From NCBI RefSeq assembly GCF_006345805.1, contig NC_043001.1, positions 95,728,001 to 95,792,000 of the forward strand: a stretch of DNA of 64,000 bases, in the 5' to 3' direction. The DNA is from Octopus sinensis. Taxonomy: Eukaryota. Each line of letters opens with the position of its first letter. Within the stretch, counting starts at the first letter, position 1. The notes under the pieces are model-generated. The model saw nothing but the letters and a program-made list of their open reading frames with translations. It ran no database searches and had not been told where the DNA came from. Both the position numbers and the translations under genes were made by a program. Shown one piece after another: positions 40,509 through 53,929 of this stretch.

Positions 40509-41030
40509 GAGGGCATTATACATACATGCCATATTAAGTAGTTGTCCTTAATTGCTAAATTTTTATTCCGAAAAAACTTTTCCTTTCCCGAAATGCAATT
40601 CGTAAAAGTCTGCCATTTACCGGATGTAATATATGTAAACTCACCCATGTGCTTCGTTGATGTTGATCAGTTAGCTGATCGGCTTAAGCGAGGCAGGGTC
40701 GTTTAAGTATGATACATCCAGGCCTGCTGATGAATACGTAAGTATGAAATCACTGTGATACAGGTCTATATTTTTTAAATGTCTTACTTTGAAAAATTGC
40801 ATTCGGTGGGATTAGTAATATTTTTTGTAGAAATGACTAATTGTCCCTCTTAGCGTGTGGCATGTATGTATAATGCCCTCTGGCATGTATGTATAATGCC
40901 CTCTATATATAAATTAATATGTTCAATAAGAAATAATTATTTTCGAAATTTTTTCTCTTATGAGGTTTTCACGCTATCTACCTGACAATTTCTTGTTAAG
41001 TTTTCCTTATTAAGTAGTTGTCCTTAATTG

Positions 41031-41033
<3 letters not shown>
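40501..41033 (+). mobile_element. Non-coding HHR-containing unit, retrozyme/PLE-type
   Basis: 26-bp terminal direct repeat tattaagtagttgtccttaattgcta (40532-40557 and 41008-41033), a 23-bp internal tandem duplication (40859-40904), a 31-bp inverted 5' piece (40501-40531 vs 40881-40911), and (TA)n on both sides. Second copy at 1-317. Confidence 0.85.
40722..40765 (+). ncRNA. Minimal type I hammerhead ribozyme, intact
   Basis: gcctg-CTGATGA-atac GTAA gtat-GAAA-tcactgtga-TA-caggt. Stem I, the core, a 4-bp stem II with a GNRA loop and the inverted-repeat stem III are all present. Predicted cleavage 3' of A40760. Confidence 0.9.
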
Positions 41034-41066
<33 letters not shown>

Positions 41067-41799
41067 ATTAGAAAAACCACAGTTTATCATTTCAAAATGA
41101 ACAATTATATTACACCATCTACAAAATTACATATAATAGAAATATTAAAATTAAAATAACAATAAAATACCGTTGATTAAGTAAATTGCAAAAAAATAAT
41201 AAAAACGTATATAATTGGTAAAATTGTTTTAAGAGATGATGATAGTAAAAAATAATTAGGTATTATATTAAATGATATTTAGTAAACTATATTATAGTGT
41301 GATATATTAAATATATAGATGCGACACATATATATGAATTATATAGTTAGCTTATATAATGAGTTTGTCTATACTTCTTATTTGATTACAATATTATTGA
41401 CTTGTACTAGCATTGTGCATATTAATTAATTTCAAAGAATTGAATAATTTACGTATTGTTTGTTAGTGTTCACTTAATGTATATTTAGTATCATATATAT
41501 ATATATATATTAAAGTATATTTATCAATTTATTATTTAATTATTCTACTTAATTTTTAACCTGATGAGTAAGATCGAAGTGATATTACTACTACTATTCC
41601 TTTTTTTACTATAATCGTTTCTTAAATATTGCCACGAAGCACGTGTCGTTATTCTACCAATTATATACGCTTTTATTAATTTGTTTGCAATATACTTAAT
41701 CATTGGTATTTTTTTGTTATTTTAATTTTAATATTTCTAATACATGTACTTTTCTAGATGGTGTAATATAATTGTTCATTTTGAATTGATAAAAGGTGT

Positions 41800-41808
<9 letters not shown>
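41067..41808. repeat. Fold-back element with ~154-bp imperfect inverted arms (two opposed pLTR-like ends)
   Basis: 41067-41220 is the approximate reverse complement of 41655-41808 (e.g. attagaaaaac...caaaatgaacaattatattacaccatcta). (TA)n on both sides. Confidence 0.85.
41558..41650 (+). ncRNA. Hammerhead ribozyme motif with one core change
   Basis: aac-CTGATGA-g...c-GAAG(A15.1>G)-CACGTG-TC-gtt. Palindromic stem III and GUC triplet are present. Stem II is a long, poorly paired insert. Confidence 0.6.
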
Positions 41809-41832
<24 letters not shown>

Positions 41833-43788
41833 TATCACGATAGATATATTTCCTGATTTTGTAAATTTGAATGATATATATCCAAGTACGTCCATAGTGA
41901 ATATTTAAATGCATTTAAGCAATTACTTTGGAAGACATTATACGGAATACACAAAGACAAAAGAGAATAATACACACACAGCATATGATATTTTGAAACA
42001 TACGCAATAGATTACACATTTTTGTGAAGTTTGTAGTCGATTTGGGTTCAGAACATAACTCCTCAACAAATATGTTCAGAGAATTTAGTGCTACAAGTGA
42101 GAATCCATTTTCCAAATTTTTCATGTGAAGATTAACAATGTTCCTTGTATAAAATGACGAAAAATCAAGTCCAATACTACTCACTTGCTCTTGTATGACA
42201 TATTTACTTGAAGCTGACTTGAATTCTATTATTGTCAAAGACACTACATCTTCTAGGTTTCCAATCATCATGAACTTGCTTTTTTGTTGCTATGGATTTT
42301 CTTTTTATTATTAACACTGTTGTTGCTGCTTAGCATAAATGCCACATTTATGAATACTTTATTTCAGGAGTGTGTAATTAGCATCATCAATTGAAAGATG
42401 CCATGTTAACTAATATTCAACTGCCAAAATGGAATTATTATATGTTCAAGCGATCCCATTATTTAACACTTAACCAACATATATACAAGCATTTAAATCT
42501 GACTAGGCTATTCGTTGATGTATGACCTTTCTCTCAACTTACCTTACCATTTCCTATATCAGTAGAGTGTACCTTGTCATAGGAATTCATGATCGACTAT
42601 GTTCTACGTTCAAAGATTAATATTTATACTAAGGTTACGAACTGTCGGTAAAACGTCAACATCGTGTGAAGTACTATTTGACCTAATGGTGTGGGTTGAG
42701 TGGTTTTACACACAGTACACTAATAATGAAAATGTAAATTAATAAACTAAATTGGCATATTGCGCTGATTTGTACAAGGCTCTAAATACAATGTAGCTGT
42801 GTCCATTAGGAACAATATTTCCGATTTTCTACAACTTCGATTTCCGATTAATCTTGAATATCTTCATAGTTTTAATTAACGTCATAGTTAATTTATTCAA
42901 CCACATATGAAGTTAATGCTGACGCAGAATGGAGAACGACCGTGCATTTTTAATGCATTTCAGTATTTCACATATCAAGACTATGAACCTGGGAGATCTA
43001 CATAAATAGAATACCGTAGCATAATTCCTAAAAATGTTTAACAACCGACTGATTTTCAGGACTGATTATATGTATCTTTCAGAAATTCCCAATTACGTAT
43101 TACATAATTATTGCAATTCCGTATTCTTCGATTATATGAATTACATTTATCCTACGTTATATAACGCCCACCTTTTATTCTGTTTATATCTGAATATATA
43201 TATATATATATACATTCTAATACATCTGAGAGACGTTTCGAAATTACAAAATATTATCGGATTACTACAAAGATATACGTGTATGGATACGTCAGTTTTC
43301 AAGTTATAATGAATAAAATATACTTAAGCTCGTCTTGGAAATCTCCTTGAGTTATAAAAAACGGAAAATTTCATTTCAATTATAAGAAAAGTATCTTCGA
43401 ATTAGGGATCATTTTCTTATTAAATAATGTATTTTGTGATAATCTCTGCCTAAAGATCTACATGTAGAATCATTTAGAGTATAAACCTCCTCATGCAGGC
43501 ATGACATATGTAAAATACCAATTGCATTATAAACATTGCTAATTATTCGCTGATAACGATCAACGATGAGGTCAAATGAAAAGTCGTGATAAATTGAAAT
43601 TAAATAGCTGTAGCAGAATATTTATCGGCGTGCTTGCATGAGTAAAAAGGATAATGTGTGCTAGAGTGTAATTTCCTCCCGTAGAATCAATTGTTAGAGT
43701 TCCTGTTGCTTCAGAGATATAAGGTTAAATGTCGCAGAAATGTTCGGAATTTTTACACAACACGTGATATATATATGAGCTGGCTCGG

Positions 43789-44019
43789 AAGGCGGCGAGC
43801 TGGCAGAAACGTTAGCACGCCGGGCGAAATGCGTAGCCGTATTTCGTCTGTCGTTACATTCCGAGTTCAAATTCCCCCGATGTCGACTTTGCGTTTCATC
43901 CTTCGGGTCGATAAATTAAGTACCAGTTAATCACTGGTGTCGATGTAATCGACGTGATCCCTTTGATTCTCCTTGTTTGTCCCCTCTGTGTTTAGCCCCT
44001 TGTGGGTAGTAAGGAAATA
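43789..44019 (+). mobile_element. SINE family A
   Basis: Full match to the family consensus. Confidence 0.92.
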
Positions 44020-44438
44020 TATATGCAGTAACAACAAACGTGCAAAACATATACAGAAATACAAGACATAGACACACACATGCACTCACACGCACACACT
44101 TATACACAAACTCACAAGTAGACACACACATTGCCTCACACACACCACAAACACAAATATAAAGAAGAATAAAATAGGTTTCAGAGAATGCAGTGCAGAT
44201 TTTAATTGTTATTGTAACCATGATACCCGCCGATGTATTGAGCATGCTTCCTTTAGATGCGTTAATTTAGCGTTTACTTGCATAATGCTCATTATGCATA
44301 TTGAAACAAATATGCACGCGGAATTGTTTATACAGAAATTAATGAATATAACTAAATATATATATTATTGTCATGCCTCCAGATCATTTCTCCATGTATC
44401 TATATATACGAACATACACACACACGCACACATATATA

Positions 44439-44492
<54 letters not shown>

Positions 44493-45034
44493 TACATACA
44501 TACATACATACACACATACATACATACATACACAATGTGACTAGAGTGTTAGGAAATGACATATTGCTAGAAAGCTAGAAAGAAGAGCTAAGTCGCTCTA
44601 ATGCCGTAGTTAATGCAAGATTGAAAAGATAGATACTAACAGGGAACATAACTATCCGAGAAATGTCATCGTGTATTCTTAATTCTGACGCGTAATTTCT
44701 GCAATGTCCCTATTAATGTATGTGTTTTCATTCGTGCGCGTTAACTAAGGTATTACAACATTTTAGTTCTCATTTATAGCAATATAGGTGCTTCCTAACA
44801 CGTCACTCACATTTATTTTCATTTTAATTCTCCTATTTGGTGGTACATTGCAAACTGTTCTTTATGTTAATTTTATATACACAGATTAACGAATCGCATT
44901 ACTGTATAGATAGATAAATATGAAATCGAGGATTTCAAGACATAAATGAGCTGATCTTTGTGCAGAGCAGCTTTTGAAACGCCATTACAGAACTGATAAA
45001 TATGATAAATATGATTAAAATATGATTTTGGAGT

Positions 45035-45583
45035 ACCTTCATTCATCTTCTCACACGGCTTGAGACTCAACACGAAGGCCAATATCAAGTGCCTGGAGCA
45101 CGTAGTATTGTCATGGGTGAATAAGGTTGTCGCTGGAAGACCCTATGTCTGGAAACAGGATTCTGCACCATGCCACAGAAGCAAAAGAACTGTCATCGCT
45201 CTCAGACAATTTTTACGATTGCATCACCCCCGCATTTGGCCACGTTATTCTCCTGACCGCAATCCTCTTGGTGAATAAGTGTGGGGCTCAGTTCAGCGAG
45301 ATTACAACAAACATCCTTGTTACACCAAAAATGAAATGAAGGCAACAATTATGTCAACATTCACCAACTTAAACAAAAAAGCCTACCAAAACAGCTGCAG
45401 GACTTTCAGACATTGTCTGAAGGCCGTGGATAGGCTAATGGAGATTTTTATTGAATATATATAGTCTTTAGTATTTCACGATATTTTTATATAAGTTTGG
45501 TAATTTTATCTGTTAAAATAAGATGTCGGTGGTATTTTCATTCTTTAGTAATTTCGACGAAAGTTCACGCACCGCACCCTGTA
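45035..45583 (+). mobile_element. Tc1/mariner-superfamily 3' half, maT/DD37D-like, decayed
   Basis: RPYVWKQDSAPCH, a WP.YSPDRNPL motif, and C-terminal helices in shifted frames. Ends gcaccgcaccctg|TA. Confidence 0.8.
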
Positions 45584-45763
45584 CAATCATGCACACACAC
45601 GCCCATATAGCGGTAGCAAAGTAGAGTCTGAACGGCAAAGAATTTTATCATATGATTCTTATCAAAGCTTGATAAAATTTGCCACATTTAACTCTCCGGC
45701 CTTGATTTGTTCTTTTCCTTTTGCCAAATATTGATAAATAAATATGTAAGTTGGAGGTCTGAT

Positions 45764-46165
45764 AAGTAAGTATCAGTTTTGTTGCCATAGTCACGAAGCT
45801 AATGCAGGCAGAGTTAAGTCGCTTGGGACTGATTGACCCATGTATACAGCTATGGATGCTCATTAAGTTTCATTTTTCCAGCTCACTTCCGTTGTTTACA
45901 TAATTGCTTGGAACGAAGGTGTGCCGCGTGTGATCGTCGCATTGATCATGACGAAGTGGTCATGGATGTACCTGCTCAGAGACGTATGCACATTTGCAGA
46001 TAGTGTATGAAGAAGTAGATATGATATTCACACAAATGTATGCGCGGTTCAGACGTTTCCAGTATGGCTTTCAGCAAAATTGGGGCAGATTCTACGTTCT
46101 ATCTCCTCTTTGGTCATGGTAAAATCGACAATCACACGTTACACACCTTCCTTCCCAGTGAGCTA
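45764..46165 (+). mobile_element. Mariner 5' end plus an inverted fragment of the same family
   Basis: The TCSETYAHLQIVYEE...RFRRFQ HTH-like segment is on the plus strand. 46113-46150 is the approximate reverse complement of 45915-45952. Confidence 0.6.
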
Positions 46166-46303
46166 GAACGTTATAAGTGATGAAGGTCAAGCGGCTTTAC
46201 TCTGCGCGCTTTACGTTCATTTCTATGATAACAGTCTGTATACTTATTGATCAAACCAGGCATGAAAGTCGGCATAGATACATAGAAAATTACACACACG
46301 CGC

Positions 46304-46349
<46 letters not shown>

Positions 46350-47187
46350 AATATGGGTGTGAGTCTGTCCGTGTGTCTGTAGAGTGTGTTTTGTTCTGTT
46401 CGTATTTACGACGCTGAATGTGCAATGATATTTTTTTCTATATTCAATCTTCGTTTCATATATAAACCAGTTTCCATTTTGGGTGTTTAATGAAATATAA
46501 ACAAGTTATTCATAGACTCATGAAGCCATAAAGACTTTCAGAAATTTCAGCACACATAATTATGTGTGTAACCTTTGCCTTTATGTAAGTAAATATAGCA
46601 TTCGATATGCTGTCAACGACAACAGAGTTAGTGCTGTTGCTATATTTTTTCGTCTTATGCCGAATGAAAATATTTCCTTTTGTATACTTTTCATTCTAAT
46701 ATGAAGCTATATTTCTACATTTTGAATCTCTTTGCCTCAGGCTGCACTTTAAAACTGCAAATATATAGCATCAATTCTTGTAAAATCCGATGTTCAAGTT
46801 AACACTTTTAATAAAATATACAACATTCGGCAATTTAAGTACTATCCACTTACGGAGTGGCTGTGCACGTGAATACCAAATATGGTTTCAACCATGGTTC
46901 TCGTAATATTTCTTGTAAGTTCTATTATTTCTCTTATCGTATATATTCATTTGTAAGCTTAAAGCATTTAGAATATTACTGAGTTGTAATGTTGTCGGAA
47001 ATAAATATTGGAAAATAATTTCATGCACAGTACTTTCTATGATAGATGTAATTCTATACACAATTCTCAACTATGGTAGTGTAAATAAGCTGATGAGTAT
47101 GCATATATACATTTAAAAAAGATGAGGTCATACATACATACATACATACATACATACACACATATATATGTACATATACATGCACTG

Positions 47188-47450
47188 TTCTCCATCTTCC
47201 TTGCAGCATTTTGGGAAGTTGCTGGAAGTGAGCTGGAAAAGCGATTTGCATCTGGATGCAGTATGATACTGATCTCTTCAACACTGCAGTGTATAAAGCA
47301 AAGATATGCACTACAAACTCCCTAGTGCCAGAGATGTTGTTCGCTGATGATAGTGTGATGGTTGACCATAGCGCTGAAGATATGAAAACAATGTAGACGA
47401 CTTTGCCAGTGCTGTACAGCATTCCATCCTAAATATTTATAGCAGAAAAG
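47188..47450 (+). pseudogene. RTE-clade LINE reverse transcriptase fragment
   Basis: FSIFLAAFWEVA...DLFN...EMLFADDSVMVDHSAEDMK, the FADD catalytic motif in RTE context. Confidence 0.8.
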
Positions 47451-49019
47451 CCGAATGCCTTTGCCAAACACTAGAGAACATATGTGCGCTCTAACAGAAG
47501 AAAACATCACTACTAGATCTGTTAATTCGACACTATGTAAACATTCAAATACCTAGTCAGAATTTGTGCTTCATTTTGCAGGCTGCAGGAGAGGCAGTGG
47601 AAATTATGTATGAAATAAATGTATGGCGTCTCTCTTAGCTGTAGGTATCTGCACCTGTTATGATTATAAGGCAATACATGTAAATATTTGTCTTTCTTTA
47701 TCGATTGCTAACGAAATTGTTCGTAAAAATAACGCCTTTTTAAACACCGGCAATTTAGTTGAGTTTAGCCTTCAAAAGGTTGTTCTGTTTCATGAGGAAG
47801 GATGAGCATATTCGTAGTCACCTGATGAAGCATAACTAAATGCAGCAGAAAATTTTCATTGTTAGCCAACTGTTTTGTTGATTAACGGCAAATTACACAA
47901 CCTGGCCTATGCTTCATACATGAATTCCACAATTTTACGACAGTTAATTCATCACCTTTTATATAAAAGTCCACACGTCCACATTTTCTGAATAATATTC
48001 TTCCAAAATTGAATTATTTTAATGGATAGAATATTCACATTTTTTCTTTATTTTTTAAGTAAGATATTTATGTTCATTTATAATATTCAACTAATTTTGT
48101 TTTAATGACGAATAATCTAACAGATAGTTACTAGAACATGTTTACATCGGGTTGATTTATTGAATTAAAGATAGTAATTTTAGTTTTTTATTGATTTAAT
48201 TATTGTGAATTTTTAAAAGTGCTATTTCAAGTATGAGTGCCAAAATTAAATTGCTAAATAAATATAATTCATAATGGTATGGATATGAATAATTACATTT
48301 AAAGTACACTAAAAATGACTCATTATATAGCTATATTAGATCCGTTGAATTTTTGTTGCGATACAGCGCGTATTATATGGAAACACGAATATATACAATT
48401 GCATGTACTGCCGGAATTTTTCTCTGAAAACTTTCTGCTCAAACTATTATTTGTAATAGGCTCGTCATGTAATCTTCGTCTGAATGCATAACCGATATTC
48501 GTATTACTCAATGAGAGAAGAACATTTTAGTACAGTTCTCACGTACGATCTAGGAAAGAAACAAAGCGAATTCATTTAAAATCATAATGCCCAGATTTAA
48601 AAAAAAACATATTGCACAAATTTAAAATATGGAAATATATATTTAATAAATAGAGGTGAGAGGCAACGAAAAGATGAGGTGATCACTACTAAAATTATTT
48701 GAATGTCTATCAGTTGGAAATTAGATGAGCCAGAAGTGAAAAATACGTATACACCCGTGCACAAATTTGTATATGTATGTGTCTATGTAGGTAGGTATGC
48801 ATGCTTGCATGTATGTATGACTGCAAGTATATATGGCTGTGTGTATGCATGTGTGTCTAAGAATGTATGCATGTGTGTCTAAGAATGTATGCATACATGT
48901 ATACATGTATGTATGTATGTATGTATGTATGTATGTATGTTTAAGTATGAAATTTGTAGTAAGGAATATGGTAAAATTTGACAGCCGCTCATTTTGCGCC
49001 ATTATATTTGACAATCTTT

Positions 49020-49400
49020 ATTTTTGGGTAGAAAAACGGTCGAAGGAGATAATGACGAAATGAAAGCCACCGTCGAGTCACATCCATCACAAAGTGCCCG
49101 TGAATTATTGTTGTTGTTAGGTGATATCAAGCAAACAATATTGACTCATCTAGTTCTAATCGGTAAAGTGAGAAATTTGGATACGTGGGTCCCATATGAA
49201 CTTAATGACAATCAGAAACAGCAACGTTATGAAACCTGCATTACGCTACTTTCTCGTCACAAAAATGAATCATTTTTTAATCGAACTGTAAAATGCGAGG
49301 AGAAATGGATCCAATACAACAACCGTAAATGTTCAGCACAATGGCTGTACAAAGACGAGTTACCAATAAATAGTCCAAAAAGCAAAATTCATCAAAAGAA
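49020..49400 (+). pseudogene. Mariner transposase fragment
   Basis: GKVRNLDTWVPYELNDNQKQQR...CEEKWIQYNNRKCSAQW, corresponding to the WVPHEL and DEKW motifs. Confidence 0.88.
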
Positions 49401-50182
49401 CATATATATATATATAAATATTACGTGTGTATTTACAGATATTTCCATGAATAATTCTTTCTCTCTTTCTCACTTTCTCTCTATATATATTTATGTATAC
49501 ACATATACATATATTTATATATATATATATATATATAATACATACACACACATACATATACACATATATAAACATACATACATGCATACATACATACATA
49601 CATATATAAAACATACATATATAACTAAATGCATGCCTATAAATGCATATATGTCACCAACTGAAATCTCTCTAACATGAAAATAGAAAAGGCTTCACGG
49701 ATATCAAGCCATGTAACTGATCATTATTGTTATTATGTTTTCTGATATTGGCCAATTCGTATACCTATCAGTAAATACAATATCAGCAGGTTTGAGTAAA
49801 TGCTTATTCAGCCACCAAGCGACTAAAAGAAATCTATGCATGCTTCATTAATAGTAAGTAAATAAAAATATATGTACTAAATTCTAAAGAATACGCAAAA
49901 CTGCCAAATCTACGATGGCTTCTCAGTGAATATGAGAGCTTAACAAAAGTACTTTCAGATTAAGATCAATAAAAAATAAATAAATAAATAAATAAATAAC
50001 TACAGATAAAATATAGGCAACGTATTCACATATAATCTCTTCAGAGAATTATTAACTCGTCTAAGACATTTAGTAAAGTAGACACACACTTAGAAACATA
50101 TACATGTATATAAATACATAGGCTCATGGATAGATAGACATTCATACACTCATATACACACGCATATATGTATTATTTTTTT

Positions 50183-50588
<406 letters not shown>

Positions 50589-52200
50589 TCTATATACATA
50601 CATATATATATATAACATTTTAAAGCAATATATATTTAGATTTAATTCGCATGCGAGGAAGAGATTTCAGATCGCCATACATTTGCCTGATTTACATTAT
50701 ACAAGATATTACATTCCATGTAAGACTAGTCATATCTGACGCGATATTCATTTCTGTGCAAACATGCATAATACACAAATGTCAAGGAAAAACAATTTAT
50801 CTTTCGCAATTATACATTATCCATCACCGGAAGCTCTCTATTAGGGAACTTAGGTAGCGGTCTCAAAGTGACGAAATTATTTTGACAAATTAAATTTAAA
50901 TGTTGAAATGAATCTAACGGTTTTTTTGTGTTTCTTAAATGGCTTATAAACACTTCCACGCTGCAATTGTTTTCGTTCCGGCACACGATGTCAGATCAAG
51001 TCACTTGCCATGCAAGTACATCTCCGTAAACATTGAATATTTGACATAAAAACTTTCGCCACCACCAATTCCCACCTGGTCACTGATATGATTGTAGTGC
51101 AACTGCAGCACGCAATCGGTCCTTTTAACCTTTCATTCTCCCCATGCATACTAGTTATTATTAACTCCAATTCTGTGCCTAACACAGGGGATAGCTCTGC
51201 TTGATTAATAGATTCGTTAAAAACTTCACATATGAACACCGTTAGTCATGCAAATTGAAATATCATACAACTAGTTTCAAAGCCATATTTGTATTATTTA
51301 ATTTCTGTGTCTGAAGAATTTCTGATAGGAATTTTCTTACATATCTATTTATCATTTTAAACTCTGAAATTCCTACCAGCGAATAAAACGTGTGTAATGA
51401 TAAACATTATTAGCAAGAAGATGTTTAGCTTCGTGTTGGGGTATATAATAATTCTGGAAACAGTATTTCCTAAATTATCAACTTTAACTTAATTTGTATC
51501 TATGCAACGACAAGCACAACAAAATACTAGATTGTAATAATGGATTAAGCGGATATGCTTCAAGAGAAAACAGATGGGAGTTTTCCCTAACTACCTACTG
51601 AACAATAATATCGTTAAAGTCCTGAAATTGTTGGGTTATTTTGGACGACAACTGACGAGGAATTAGCAACGTCTTGCTCTATCTGTGAATTTTCCCTCTG
51701 TTCCTTTATTGCGTTTGGGATCTAAATTAGGAACTTGTTTAATGTAACGCTACACGCGCTTCTAATTTGTTTCTCATTCTGTTGAATATTTTTTGCGCAA
51801 GTCTATTTCGACCCATCTTTCTCTCTCTCCCTCTTTCTCTTCCCCTCTCGCTCTTTCCCTCACCCGCTCTTTCGTCTTTCACGCTTCCTCTCCTTCCCTC
51901 TCTCGACCACTTTCCTCTCTATGGGTTTCTTTTTCTCTGCCCCTATCACTCTTTCTCTCTTTTCTTACGGCCATGTAACCCGTATACACCCACACCTGTA
52001 GTCTCCATTACCTTTTTTTCTTCTGCTCAATGACCCGATATGTTGTGTTCTGTCGTCTAATCTACTTTCAACACACTTTGTCTTGCCTGTTTTTCTTTCT
52101 TGTTCTTTCGTTTCCCTTCCTAAAAGACAGTTTCCTAGCGTTATCCATCTTTTAATCTTTTATCCAAATATTTCTCTCGTTTTGTTTGTATAATATATTG

Positions 52201-52378
52201 TTAACGTTAGCACGCCGGACGAAATGCTTCTCGGTCTTTCCTCTATATTTATGTTCTGACTTTGCCCTTCATCTTTTCGGGGTTGATACATTAAATACCA
52301 GCTGCGTACTGGGATCGATCCAATCGACTGAAACCCTCCCCAAAACCTTCGGGCCTTGCGCCTACAGTAGAAAAGAGT
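52201..52378 (+). mobile_element. Degenerate SINE family A-related copy
   Basis: aacgttagcacgccggacgaaatgc and gactttgcccttcatcttttcgggg motifs. Confidence 0.7.
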
Positions 52379-52780
52379 ATGTATGATATTATGGTATTTG
52401 TTCACGTTACTTCGTTTTAGTTTTTGTCACTGTCCCCAGTTCGGCCGCTATAGACAGCATATATCTTCTCCCTGCTTCTTACACCACGTGAATTGACAAA
52501 AATTATCGTATACAGTTCGAAATTGTTAGGCTTTATAGGACAATAGCTGACAGCGAATTTGCAACGTCACACACTGTGTGTTAATTTTCCGTTTCCTCCT
52601 TTGCTGCATTTCTGTTGAAATATGTATGTAATGAATGTATGTATGTATATATGTATGTATGTATGTATGCAAGGATGCATGTATGTATGCATGTACGCAT
52701 GCATGTATGTATGAATGTATGTATGTATCTATTTATATATCTATTTCTCCTCTCTCTCTATAAATATACATATATGTATG

Positions 52781-52811
<31 letters not shown>

Positions 52812-52817
52812 TATATT

Positions 52818-53115
52818 AAATTAGAGACAAAACCACTATTAGGCAAATCAAACAATGAAAAACTTAAGCCAATACATAAATTAATTTATATTATTTAAAT
52901 ATGTAACAATTATTAAAAAATATAATTAATATCCACTACGTTTCCTGTCTGCTGTCATCAAATTTTTGAGTCGCAGTCATTCATCAGGTGGTTTCAAAAT
53001 CTTTCTTGGCGAGTTTTAAACAATGAATATAATAATATAATATTTTACTATAAAATTGGATTCAATCCTAAATCTGATTTTCCCCTGTAAGTTTGGATTT
53101 ATTCCCTAATATTTT
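52818..53115 (-). mobile_element. PLE 3' end / pseudo-LTR
   Basis: Minus strand: NIRE*IQTYRGKSDLGLNPIL* (GIY-YIG C-terminal GLN motif), then an HHR, with (TA)n on both sides. Confidence 0.75.
52933..52991 (-). ncRNA. Type I hammerhead ribozyme, core intact and stem II slightly decayed
   Basis: ccac-CTGATGA-a tgactgc...gcagaca g-GAAA-CG-TA-gtgg. Stem I ccac/gtgg, palindromic ACGT stem III, GUA triplet. Confidence 0.8.
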
Positions 53116-53117
53116 AT

Positions 53118-53148
<31 letters not shown>

Positions 53149-53151
<3 letters not shown>

Positions 53152-53530
53152 CCGCCCACGTTGCCGCACTTGCCCTTACCTCTCCAACACCACCCGCCTC
53201 ACTAGCACCCACCATCGACCCTATCCCATCATCCACTCCTTCACCTGCACCTCCAGCAATATTATCTATTGCATCTCTTGCTCTCTCTGCAATTCCTTGT
53301 ACATCGGACAAACGGGACGCCGCTTGGCTGACCGGTTCGCGGAACACCTTTCGTGACATCCACCTTGCGAACGACACCCGGTCTCACGCCATTTCCGCTC
53401 CACCGGTCACTCCTTGCAACACCTATCTGTTTCGGTTTGTCCTACACAGAGGCCATCCGGATTCCCTTTGCGCCGTGAACAGGAATTAATCTTCTCTCTT
53501 CGCTCTTATACGCCATTTGGTCTCAACTCT
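53149..53530 (+). pseudogene. PLE GIY-YIG endonuclease fragment
   Basis: SRPRCRTCPY linker, FTCTSSNIIYCISCSLCNSLYIGQTGRRLADRFAEH, a 1-nt frameshift, then RHFRSTGH...EQELIFSLRSYTPFGLN. Confidence 0.92.
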
Positions 53531-53860
53531 CCCCCCCTCCTCATCTAACCCCCCTCTCCCCCCTCCTCACCTATCCTTTCTCCCCCCGACCCCTACTTCT
53601 CTTCAGGTCCTTCATCTTTCACCCCTACTCCCCTTCCCTTCTTCCCTCATTCTCCTCTCTTCTCCCTCCCCTTCCCCCTTCCCTCTGCTCCCTCACTCCC
53701 TCTCTCCCCTCTCCCCGCTTTCCTCCTTCATCCCCCTCCCTCCCCGTCCCTTTCTCCCCATCTCTCCTCTTCCCTTCTCCTCCCCCTCTCCTTCCCCTCC
53801 CCTTCTCCCCACCTTCCTCTCTTCTTCTCCCTCCCCTCTTCTCCCCCTCCCCCTCTTCCC
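53531..53860. repeat. C/T-only low-complexity tract (G/A-rich on the minus strand)
   Basis: About 330 bp of almost pure pyrimidines with many C3-C6 runs. Confidence 0.9.
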
Positions 53861-53929
53861 CATACATACACCACATGACTTTACACATCACATCACATAT
53901 GATGTGCCATACTAATACACACAACCAAC

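Noticed and set aside
43222-43245. GAAACGTC on the minus strand, possible HHR half
   Set aside because: No properly placed CTGANGA or stem I partner.
47819-47860. CTGATGAA-gcat...atgc, HHR-like
   Set aside because: Four extra bases precede GAAA, and stems I and III do not close.
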